From IMG/VR virus record IMGVR_UViG_3300025390_000006: DNA of 64,000 bases, one strand, 5' to 3'. Numbering within the stretch: the first letter of the stretch is position 1; every line of letters begins with the position of its first letter. This DNA comes from an uncultured virus (IMG/VR IMGVR_UViG_3300025390_000006). Its lineage: Duplodnaviria; Heunggongvirae; Uroviricota; Caudoviricetes. A program made the position numbers and the translations under genes. Below, piece after piece: positions 1-7,180 of the stretch. The notes beneath the pieces were generated by a model, which searched no databases, was not told the origin of the DNA, and was given only the letters and a program-made list of their open reading frames with translations.

Positions 1-276
1 GGAGAATGGAAAGATGGAAAATGGTATAGCAAATTCCACCGTGATGCTTGGATCAAGGCTGTCAAACCATACGCCGATGAGATTGAACGGCTGCGGGGTT
101 CATATGAAGACTGCATCAATGCTGTTGATACTATAATCAATGACGGAATGACTGAGCCAGCAAAATTTGCCAAAATTCAACACAGTGGGTTTACCGCGTA
201 TAACTACATGATCGCAATGGCGGAAGACATAAAAGATGAAATTAAAAAACGGGCTGCACTGAAGGAGGGTGAGTGA
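1..276 (+). CDS. Cassette-array protein, 5' truncated (..KAVKPY-ADEIERLR-GSYEDC..AALKEGE)
   Basis: Frame +1 is open from base 1 to TGA at 274-276 and carries both array motifs. Confidence 0.8.
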   Translation, partial: GEWKDGKWYSKFHRDAWIKAVKPYADEIERLRGSYEDCINAVDTIINDGMTEPAKFAKIQHSGFTAYNYMIAMAEDIKDEIKKRAALKEGE

Positions 277-596
277 TGGATATTGTTGAACGGTTGCGGG
301 ATCGTAAAGAAACAATTATTGGGTGGGTTGTTAATTTTGATACATGTGAAGCCGCTGATGAAATTGAACGGTTGCGGGAAGCGTTAAATATTTTCATGGC
401 GGTAGACCCCGATAAGACCAGCAACTGGTTGTATAAGCGGGAAAAAGCAGAAGCACTTGTCAAGGAATCCTTGTCAACTGGTAAGCAATTCTTACAAGTT
501 TGGCCGTGGAAATGCCCTATCGGAAAAACAGATTGCAATGAAAATTGTGGAAGATATGGTTGGGCAATTAGCCCGTGCCGCACTGAAGGAGGGTGA
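276..596 (+). CDS. Cassette-array protein MDIVERLR-DRKET..EAADEIERLR.., Cys-rich C-terminus
   Basis: SD AAGGAGG 7 nt before ATG; TGATG overlap with the previous gene. Confidence 0.85.
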   Translation: MDIVERLRDRKETIIGWVVNFDTCEAADEIERLREALNIFMAVDPDKTSNWLYKREKAEALVKESLSTGKQFLQVWPWKCPIGKTDCNENCGRYGWAISPCRTEGG

Positions 597-599
597 GTG

Positions 600-674
600 A
601 TGTCAGACCATGCGATTGAATTTATATGCAATACGGTTTTCTGGATAGTTCTTGTATATTTATGGTTTCGTTGA
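600..674 (+). CDS. 24-aa hydrophobic micropeptide cassette (MSDHAIEFICNTVFWIVLVYLWFR)
   Basis: ATG and SD supplied by repeat A; its stop is the TGA of the next repeat A core. Confidence 0.65.
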   Translation: MSDHAIEFICNTVFWIVLVYLWFR

Positions 675-687
675 AGGAGGGTGAGTG

Positions 688-945
688 ATGGATATTGTAG
701 AACGGTTGCGGCAAGAAATTGCTGGGTACACAGACGGCCCAATTGAGGCGGCTGAAGCAACGATGCATGAAGCCGCCGATGAGATTGAACGGCTGCGCAT
801 TAATATGTATCAAGCAATGCATCATGCTGCTGAAATTTGGAAGGAAAATGGGAAAAAATTAGACGACCAACTTGGCGTTGTTGCTTTGATATTAGCCAAT
901 GGATTAGGCATTATCCCTGACGCCGCACTGAAGGAGGGTGAGTGA
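688..945 (+). CDS. Cassette-array protein (MDIVERLR..EAADEIERLR..AALKEGE)
   Basis: Both motifs present; repeat-encoded SD and start. Confidence 0.85.
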   Translation: MDIVERLRQEIAGYTDGPIEAAEATMHEAADEIERLRINMYQAMHHAAEIWKENGKKLDDQLGVVALILANGLGIIPDAALKEGE

Positions 946-1229
946 TGGACATTGTTGAACAATTACGCAAATGTGCAAATACTATTTACCATCAAGATGG
1001 TTACACGTTTCGCCTTGGATTGCAGAACGAAGCTGCCGATGAGATTGAACGGTTGCGGCAAGCATTACAATTAATTGCGGATCATCCCGTTGAACAATCT
1101 GGGCAATGGCAGGTTGGTGCAAAAGAAATGCAAAATATAGCTAATTCCGCGTTAAAAGATCCTGCCGCCTTGGGCTATGGGATCGTTAAAAAAGTATTGA
1201 AAGATCATGGTCTTTGGGAGGGTGAGTGA
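945..1229 (+). CDS. Cassette-array protein (MDIVEQLR-KCANTIY..EAADEIERLR..WEGE)
   Basis: Both motifs present; repeat-encoded SD and start. Confidence 0.85.
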   Translation: MDIVEQLRKCANTIYHQDGYTFRLGLQNEAADEIERLRQALQLIADHPVEQSGQWQVGAKEMQNIANSALKDPAALGYGIVKKVLKDHGLWEGE

Positions 1230-1471
1230 TGTGTAACAGAAAGGGCGAACCCATGACGGGATACCAAAGCAAGAAGCTATCGGCGGAAATCCGGTGGCTG
1301 GGGCCGTACCCGCCTAATACCCGCCATGCTGATCCTGAGACGATGGATCATATCATTGACCTGCGTAAGAAATTGGCAGAGGCGGAAAGGCAGCGGGACA
1401 ACGCATTGGACAGGGTCGTGTTCATGCAAAAGAAGGTGGCGGAAATGAAGGAGGCTCTGGGCTTAAAATGA
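1229..1471 (+). CDS. Hypothetical coiled-coil protein (alternative start 1253)
   Basis: Coupled to the last repeat A; helical C-terminus. Confidence 0.7.
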   Translation: MCNRKGEPMTGYQSKKLSAEIRWLGPYPPNTRHADPETMDHIIDLRKKLAEAERQRDNALDRVVFMQKKVAEMKEALGLK

Positions 1472-1563
1472 CCAGTCTGACTACTTTAGCCGCGTTGTTT
1501 TACGTGGCGCATACGTTCTGTTGTTTTGTTTTGCTGTGCGTTTTAATGTGGAGGAATGGATAA
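1468..1563 (+). CDS. 31-aa hydrophobic micropeptide (MTSLTTLAALFYVAHTFCCFVLLCVLMWRNG)
   Basis: ATGA overlap upstream and TAATG overlap downstream; fills the gap exactly. Confidence 0.6.
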   Translation: MTSLTTLAALFYVAHTFCCFVLLCVLMWRNG

Positions 1564-1763
1564 TGGCTTTTATGAACAAGAGAAGTAAAAGTGGAAGGAG
1601 GGGTGGTGGCAGTGGAACATCAAGGATTGAGATGCCAATGGTGCGTTTGGTTTCCGCTAAACAAGAACGGCGGATAGAAAAGATACGGGCGGCATTTCAG
1701 CCTGAAGCTAAACCGAAGGTAACATTACCTAAATTTTCATGGGACAAAAAAGATGACGAATAA
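1563..1763 (+). CDS. Small basic hypothetical protein
   Basis: SD GGAGG; coupled start. Confidence 0.65.
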   Translation: MAFMNKRSKSGRRGGGSGTSRIEMPMVRLVSAKQERRIEKIRAAFQPEAKPKVTLPKFSWDKKDDE

Positions 1764-1962
1764 CGAATTAGAGGCGGCATTACAGGAAGCAATCGCGTTG
1801 ATTGCAATAGCGGTTCATATGGCGAACGATCCTGAAGATCGGTTACAGTTTAAGGAAAAGTGGATCAATAAGGCTAACGAAGTAGTTCGGGGATATTTTG
1901 ATTATGTCAAACGTGAGGCAGATAGCGCAGAAACACGGCATCAGGATTGGATCGGAGACTAA
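1753..1962 (+). CDS. Hypothetical protein
   Basis: ORF in a tightly packed operon. Confidence 0.6.
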   Translation: MTNNELEAALQEAIALIAIAVHMANDPEDRLQFKEKWINKANEVVRGYFDYVKREADSAETRHQDWIGD

Positions 1963-2215
1963 GGCGGCGCAAAAGACAATTTGCCCAAAGTGCAGCAGTA
2001 AACGGGTTCACGCATACGATCATTGCCTATCGGTAAGGATTGACGCTACGGGTATAGGGTGGCGGTGCTTTCATTGCGGGTGGACAGGCGGGGAAATGAC
2101 GGATGCTTTCAGAACTTCATCAAAAATGGTTGGAAAAACGCGGGATCAACATCAACACCGCGATCCATATGGGGACTTACTCAGGAAGGCGCGGGCCGGA
2201 TGGGCAGGTCGTTAG
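1904..2215 (+). CDS. Stand-alone primase zinc-binding domain protein
   Basis: CPKC..CLSV..WRCFHCGWTG zinc ribbon directly upstream of the TOPRIM-helicase. Confidence 0.75.
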   Translation: MSNVRQIAQKHGIRIGSETKAAQKTICPKCSSKRVHAYDHCLSVRIDATGIGWRCFHCGWTGGEMTDAFRTSSKMVGKTRDQHQHRDPYGDLLRKARAGWAGR

Positions 2216-3593
2216 TCATCCTGAAGGGGATGTCTTGTGTTTTCCGTTCATCAAGGACGGGGAAATAGTCGGCCACAAATACAGGGGGCCGAAAAAGTCA
2301 TTTTGGCAACAAGCAAACGGAAGGAAACAGTTTTACAATGCGGACATTCTCACAGACCCTGCGCTACACGACGGAAGCGTTTCCCTTGTTATTACTGAGG
2401 GAGAGGTTGACGCACTGGCGGTGGCAACTGCCGGATACCCATATGTTGTCTCCGTCCCAGACGGTGCGCCGCCTCCCCGTGACGCGGATGGACGGCTCAT
2501 TGTCGTTCCACGGACAACAGATGATATCGTACCAGATGCCGATACAAAATTCGGATACATCACCGCCGACTGGGAAAGCCTTACGAAGATCCGTCGGATC
2601 ATCATAGCGGTTGATAACGACGATGCGGGGCGGCGGTTAGGGGATGAACTTGTCCGCCGCCTTGATCGGGTTCGGTGTTCGTTTGTAACGTTTCCCGAAA
2701 CCTGCAAAGATTTTAATGAGGTTTTGGTAAATCACGGTTCTGATACCGTGCGGGAAATTATAGGGGCGGCAAAACCTTATCCGGTTGATGGGGTTTACAA
2801 GCTATCGGACTTTCCGCCTGAGGAGCCGATTACAACCTACACAACGGGTTGGGGTTCATTGGATCAGTATATCCGCCCATATTTAGGGGCGTTTATGGTT
2901 GTGGGTGGGTTTCCGGGGCATGGTAAATCAACGTGGACGCTCCAGTTCGCCGCTAACATGGCAAGGTTGCACGGTTGGGGGGTTGCGGTTGCATCCTTTG
3001 AAATGAAGGTTGTCCCGTATGTCACTGACACCCTCATGTCCACGTTTCTGCAAGGTCCGATTAAGTTTGCGGCTCCGGTTAACCGTAAACGGGCGGTTGA
3101 GTTCGTTGAGGATCGGTTTACGTTTATCGCGCCGGAAAAAGGGGATAGTGACACGGATCATGACATTGATTGGTTGATTGACCGGATGCAGGTTGCGGTT
3201 ATCCGTGGCGGTTGCAAGATGGTTTTGATTGATCCGTTTAATGAGATTGAGCAGAATAAAAAGCGGGATGAAACCACAACCGAATATATCGGGCGGGCGA
3301 TTAGGAAGCTGAAGGCGTTCGCAATGCAATATAATGTGTTGGTCTGCGTTGTGGCTCATCCGACCAAGGGTTCCGCCCATTTGGATAGTGCCGATTTGGG
3401 GTTATACAATATCGCGGACAGCTCACACTTCGCAAATAAGGCGGATATCGGGCTTATTATCGGTCGGGTTGGTGATCCGAAGGTTGATGTCATAACGGGG
3501 ATTTACATTAAAAAAATCAGGTATCAACCAGACGCTGGCACGTTGGGTGAGGCTTTTTTAACCTTTGACAAAAGTACGCGGTTGTTTTCTTGA
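2103..3593 (+). CDS. Twinkle/T7 gp4-like primase-helicase (TOPRIM + SF4 helicase) lacking the zinc-binding domain
   Basis: ITEGEVDAL, DNDDAG, CKDFNEVL, Walker A GFPGHGKS, LIDPFN, VVAHPTK. Confidence 0.92.
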   Translation: MLSELHQKWLEKRGININTAIHMGTYSGRRGPDGQVVSHPEGDVLCFPFIKDGEIVGHKYRGPKKSFWQQANGRKQFYNADILTDPALHDGSVSLVITEGEVDALAVATAGYPYVVSVPDGAPPPRDADGRLIVVPRTTDDIVPDADTKFGYITADWESLTKIRRIIIAVDNDDAGRRLGDELVRRLDRVRCSFVTFPETCKDFNEVLVNHGSDTVREIIGAAKPYPVDGVYKLSDFPPEEPITTYTTGWGSLDQYIRPYLGAFMVVGGFPGHGKSTWTLQFAANMARLHGWGVAVASFEMKVVPYVTDTLMSTFLQGPIKFAAPVNRKRAVEFVEDRFTFIAPEKGDSDTDHDIDWLIDRMQVAVIRGGCKMVLIDPFNEIEQNKKRDETTTEYIGRAIRKLKAFAMQYNVLVCVVAHPTKGSAHLDSADLGLYNIADSSHFANKADIGLIIGRVGDPKVDVITGIYIKKIRYQPDAGTLGEAFLTFDKSTRLFS

Positions 3594-3652
3594 AACCGTT
3601 ATTGTATGGTTAAGACAAGGCTCCCGTTCGTCTCCGGCGGTTGTAGCTTGGG

Positions 3653-3694
3653 GCGGTTGGCTTTCATCCCCGTTGTGCCGACCGCCCTTTTTTA
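3653..3694 (+). terminator. Intrinsic terminator after primase-helicase
   Basis: GGGCGGTTGGC..GCCGACCGCCC stem followed by a T run. Confidence 0.7.
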
Positions 3695-3715
3695 TGTTTA
3701 ACCTATTGCAAAATA

Positions 3716-3747
3716 AAGAAAAACCGGATAGGTTAGTATCCGGTTCT
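3716..3747 (-). terminator. Terminator of the leftward early unit
   Basis: AACCGGATA/TATCCGGTT stem followed by a T-rich tail on the minus strand. Confidence 0.6.
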
Positions 3748-3779
3748 TTGACATTGTGAAGTATGTTTCGGGGTGCGGG

Positions 3780-4010
3780 TTATAGGTTACCGCTCCGGTT
3801 CATAGGGTTGTAACCCGTTGGGTTAGGTTCGGGGTTCGGTTTAGGTTCAAGTTTAATTATTATTTCGGTTACGCGATCAATGATCGGGTTGTCGTAAGTG
3901 TCAAAGGTTGACAGGCGGTCAAATAACGCATGAACCGCCGTTTCATCTGGCGCGTCAATTTCGTAGGTTTTAGTGCCTGAAAATTCAACGGTTACGGTAA
4001 ATTGTGGCAT
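3780..4010 (-). CDS. Hypothetical protein (MPQFTVTVEF..)
   Basis: SD GGAGGGG before ATG at 4010. Confidence 0.65.
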   Translation of the reverse strand: MPQFTVTVEFSGTKTYEIDAPDETAVHALFDRLSTFDTYDNPIIDRVTEIIIKLEPKPNPEPNPTGYNPMNRSGNL

Positions 4011-4023
4011 GGTTTCCCCTCCC

Positions 4024-4767
4024 CTATGCGTTATGGGTTTCATAATTGCGGATAACAAAACCGGATTGATCCCGTTTCGCTTTATGACCTTTGGGGGATA
4101 ATCCAACAATAACACCCTTTGGATCAAGAAACCGTAAATCATGCTTATCCCCGTCAATAACGGGATAACCTAAATACGTTTCCGGTAAACCGTGATCGAA
4201 AATGGCGGCAACATTGACCCCCCGTGCCAATAGCGCCCGCGCAATCGGTTCGTTTGTTTCTGATAGGCTGAAGGTTAAATGGTAATTAGGCGGCAATTTC
4301 CGGTTAAATCGGTTAGGGTTCTTTGTATAATCCAGAAATGGGATAGCAGGGAAAGCTTCCATAATATTGCGATAGGTTAAACCGTTAACCGTAACCGCAA
4401 CCCCTTCGTAAGCGATATCCGTTGAACCGTTAGGGCGGATTGCGGGTTTTAAACCGTCTTTTTTAGCGTTATCGATTAGTTTTTGAACGTGATAGGCGAA
4501 TTCTTGCATATATTCGGAACGGTATTTCATAAAGAAAACCATTTTGCGCTTGCGGCTATCCCGTACGGTTTCCGACATTGCAGCTTGTCCGGAATGTTCA
4601 CCTAAGCATAACGCAATGCATCCGGCGCTTGCGTGTGAACAAAGGTTTCCGACACCGCCCGATTTATGAGGCGCACCGTAATTTATCCCGTTAAGATAAC
4701 CGTATGAATTCGCCTTAACCGCTTTCGGACTATCCACCGAAAGAAACCGTTTGAATTGAATTTTCAT
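4024..4767 (-). CDS. GP88-like phage protein (Cx6Cx3C, radical-SAM-like)
   Basis: NLCSHASAGCIALCL, RPNGSTDI, DYTK, NYHLTFS, DGDKHDLRFLD motifs. Confidence 0.75.
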   Translation of the reverse strand: MKIQFKRFLSVDSPKAVKANSYGYLNGINYGAPHKSGGVGNLCSHASAGCIALCLGEHSGQAAMSETVRDSRKRKMVFFMKYRSEYMQEFAYHVQKLIDNAKKDGLKPAIRPNGSTDIAYEGVAVTVNGLTYRNIMEAFPAIPFLDYTKNPNRFNRKLPPNYHLTFSLSETNEPIARALLARGVNVAAIFDHGLPETYLGYPVIDGDKHDLRFLDPKGVIVGLSPKGHKAKRDQSGFVIRNYETHNA

Positions 4768-5025
4768 TTAAACCCCCGTTTAAATTGGATCAGGATTGAT
4801 CCTACTGATAAGCATAATTGCGAATTAGTGAAAAGCAAGCGAAAAATGTTATTGAAGTGAAAAAATTTTATCTTTTTCACTGATAAGCAAAAAAGCGATT
4901 TAATAGGCGGTTTATGCTTTATAATATATAGGCGAAAATTAATTTCAATTTACCGCTTGCAATCAACAAAAAATTGATTTACAAAAAATACGCGCAATAA
5001 CGCGCTACATAAACGGGGGTTTATT
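4768..5025. promoter_or_regulatory. Divergent early promoter region
   Basis: AT-rich; leftward TTGCTT-N16-TATGCT, rightward TTGCAA-N17-TACAAA; SD hairpins AAACGGGGGTTT on both sides. Confidence 0.6.
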
Positions 5026-5859
5026 ATGAACGATATGTCTTACAACCAGAACCGATTTGCTACAGATACGGCTATTCGCTTGCCAAGCGCAACCTACGCG
5101 GAGTGTCCGCACAATAGCCGGACAGATAAATTCCGTCATATCCCGACTTTTGAGATTGTGGACATTATGAAAAACGCGGGCTTCGTTCCAGTCCGCGCAA
5201 GCGCAAGAAACGTTCGCAATCCGGACAAGCAAGGTTTTCAAAAGCACGTTATCCGCTTTCGTCGTGAACAAGACGCGGATTTACGTCTGGCAAGAGTAGG
5301 GGAAACGGTTTCGGAGATTGCATTGCTAAATGCTCATGACGGAACAAGCGGACTAAACCTTATACCCGCCTTAATGCGTTTAGCGTGTTTAAATGGTTTA
5401 GTGATACAGGATGAAACCCTTGGCAAAATCTCAATTCCGCACCGTGGCGCTAATATCGCGGATCGGATTATTGAAGGTTCATATTCTGTGATTGAGCGGG
5501 CGGATCAAGGTGCGATTGCAGCGATTGAGTGGTCAAAGGTTAACCTATCCCCTGAAAAAGCGCTTGAATTTGCGGATCGGGCGCTTTCGATTAAATATGT
5601 TACCAAGGCGGGAGAAAATCGCGACGACATTTGTCCGATTGAACCGCTTCACTTGCTACGTCCGCGTCGATATGGCGACAATGGCGCTGATTTATGGAAG
5701 ACGTTCAATCGCGTTCAAGAGAATTTAATCAAAGGCGGACAAGGCGGACGGATCGGCGATAAATTCCGCTCCAGCCGCGCCGTAAAGAGCGCTGAAAAAG
5801 ATATCACGCTAAACGCTGCGCTATGGGGCTTGGCGAAAGAATATGCTTTAGCCGCTTAA
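5026..5859 (+). CDS. DUF932 (DUF945)-family protein
   Basis: HIPTFEIV, KHVIRFR, LLNAHDGTS, RLACLNGLV, LWKTFNRVQENLIKGG. Confidence 0.85.
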   Translation: MNDMSYNQNRFATDTAIRLPSATYAECPHNSRTDKFRHIPTFEIVDIMKNAGFVPVRASARNVRNPDKQGFQKHVIRFRREQDADLRLARVGETVSEIALLNAHDGTSGLNLIPALMRLACLNGLVIQDETLGKISIPHRGANIADRIIEGSYSVIERADQGAIAAIEWSKVNLSPEKALEFADRALSIKYVTKAGENRDDICPIEPLHLLRPRRYGDNGADLWKTFNRVQENLIKGGQGGRIGDKFRSSRAVKSAEKDITLNAALWGLAKEYALAA

Positions 5860-5886
5860 AGCGGGGGATAAAATAAATTGAGATTA

Positions 5887-5909
5887 GGGGGGAATTTCCC
5901 CCCTTTTTT
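5887..5909 (+). terminator. Intrinsic terminator
   Basis: AGGGGGGAATTTCCCCCCT followed by a T run. Confidence 0.7.
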
Positions 5910-5985
5910 ATTGAATTGTTAATCAAATCAATTTATTCTCTTTCTTGTCGGAATGATCCGACGATATCAGAAACGGGGGTTTCTT

Positions 5986-6258
5986 ATGAATAACGCAATT
6001 GAATTGCTACAGTCTGAATTGAGCGCCGTAATTGCTTTAAATGCAAAGCTTGAAGCTAAGATAGCCGCCTTGGTATGGAAGGCGGACGATTGCGGCGATA
6101 TAGTCCGCGCCTATCGCTTTAAGTTTAACAATAAGCGGGGACTTGTTGAAGTGTATACAAATAAGACGCGGCTATTTTATGCGGGTAAAGAATATGCTCC
6201 GGAACAAGCGCCGTCTGACATGATAGCCGCTGCGATACAAGCTGATCCGGAATTTTAG
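5986..6258 (+). CDS. Hypothetical early protein
   Basis: Own promoter TTGAAT-N17-TATTCT and SD hairpin. Confidence 0.7.
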   Translation: MNNAIELLQSELSAVIALNAKLEAKIAALVWKADDCGDIVRAYRFKFNNKRGLVEVYTNKTRLFYAGKEYAPEQAPSDMIAAAIQADPEF

Positions 6259-6314
6259 GGTCCGCAATGGCTTAAGGCGGCCATATAGTAAGACAAGAAT
6301 ATAAGGGGATTTAG

Positions 6315-6343
6315 GGGGGAGATTGTATCTCCCCTTTTCTTTT
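6315..6343 (+). terminator. Intrinsic terminator
   Basis: GGGGAGAT..ATCTCCCC followed by TTTTCTTTT. Confidence 0.6.
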
Positions 6344-6907
6344 ATCTGATAGCAGGGGAATTGAGGCGCTGATAGCAATAGGCTGAAATATAAGGCAGAA
6401 AGCCCTTTTCTTCTTACAGGGGTAGGGGTCTGCCGTGATGATACAAAATGCTAATCACTGGCACGCTTCCGTGGTGTGCAATTTGTATAAGTAGTGAGCC
6501 GTCAAGGATCATTTATGCTAATCAGTGAAGTAAGCAATAATGCTAATCAGTGAAGCGCGTCATGGTTCAGCTTGGCGCGTGTCTGGCAAGATAAAGCGCG
6601 GCATGGTGCGGCGCGTGCGATGGATGCCAGCCGCCCGCAATGGTCAGCCTCTATGCTATAGGCGGCACTGATAGGGTAAGAGACGGAACGGGCTTGGTGC
6701 GCGCTCTGTGAGGCACCGCGACCGTATAGGATAGGGCACAAAGAAAGGCCTTTGCAAAATCAGACAAACGACCCCCGACCCCCCCTTTTCATAGGGATAG
6801 GGGGTGGAAAAGGGACCCCCCATACCCCCAGAGAATCTTAATTTCTCACTGATTCTCACTTCCGCAAATCACTCAACCCCCCACCCCTTTTTGGGACCCC
6901 CCAGTAC

Positions 6908-6943
6908 AAAAACAAAAAAACCGCCAGAGTTTCCCCTGACGGC
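6908..6943 (-). terminator. Intrinsic terminator (GAAA-capped stem + U7) ending the candidate ncRNA
   Basis: Minus strand GCCGTCAGGG-GAAA-CTCTGGCGGT-TTTTTTG; the G-U pairs fix the strand. Confidence 0.75.
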
Positions 6944-7143
6944 TTTCTTTTGAGATCCGCCGACCGCGACGCATACACGGTCCATTGCTCTCTATTGGCG
7001 GCTATGCTTTACGGGTGGTAGACTTGACGCTGTTCTGCTTCGTTCTACCTAAGACGTGGAAACAGCAAAAACACGCCGCCCCGTAAACTGTATACGTATA
7101 TTAACGTCTGACCTTACATCCAGATACAGTACGTTAATTAAGC
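6914..7143 (-). ncRNA. Candidate structured non-coding RNA (~230 nt)
   Basis: TTGACA promoter upstream, terminator downstream, no credible ORF, multiple stems and pseudoknot-type pairings. Confidence 0.55.
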
Positions 7144-7149
7144 TTGAGT

Positions 7150-7180
7150 ACTATATATGGCGGCAATAAAAAATTGTCAA
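7150..7180 (-). promoter_or_regulatory. Sigma70-type promoter
   Basis: TTGACA-N17-TATATAGT on the minus strand. Confidence 0.7.

Larger units (their letters stand above)
73..1231 (+). repeat. Alternating-repeat mini-gene cassette array (copy 1)
   Basis: Repeat A GCACTGAAGGAGGGTGAGTGATGGAYATTGTWGAACRRTTRCG (full at 256 and 925; partial at ~580, ~672, ~1217). Repeat B GAAGCYGCYGATGARATTGAACGGYTGCG at ~73 (partial), ~348, ~769, ~1030. Confidence 0.9.
256..4358. repeat. Long direct repeat, copy 1 (genome-length circularity/concatemer overlap, unit length 59,642 bp)
   Basis: ORF translations from 273 onward recur identically at +59,642. Identity starts at GCACTGAAGG (256 / 59898) and runs to the window end. 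Confidence 0.95.

Noticed and set aside
242..825. Minus-strand ORFs over the array, and the many antisense ORFs over structural genes
   Set aside because: Shadow frames of well-supported plus-strand genes, with no RBS or motifs.
256..1231. CRISPR array interpretation of the regularly recurring repeats
   Set aside because: The repeats are non-palindromic, encode SD, stop, start and peptide; the spacers are variable-length open coding modules; no cas genes are present.
256..4358. Biological terminal repeat of 4.1 kb
   Set aside because: It runs to the window edge in mid-gene and starts inside the array; better explained as circular or concatemer overlap.
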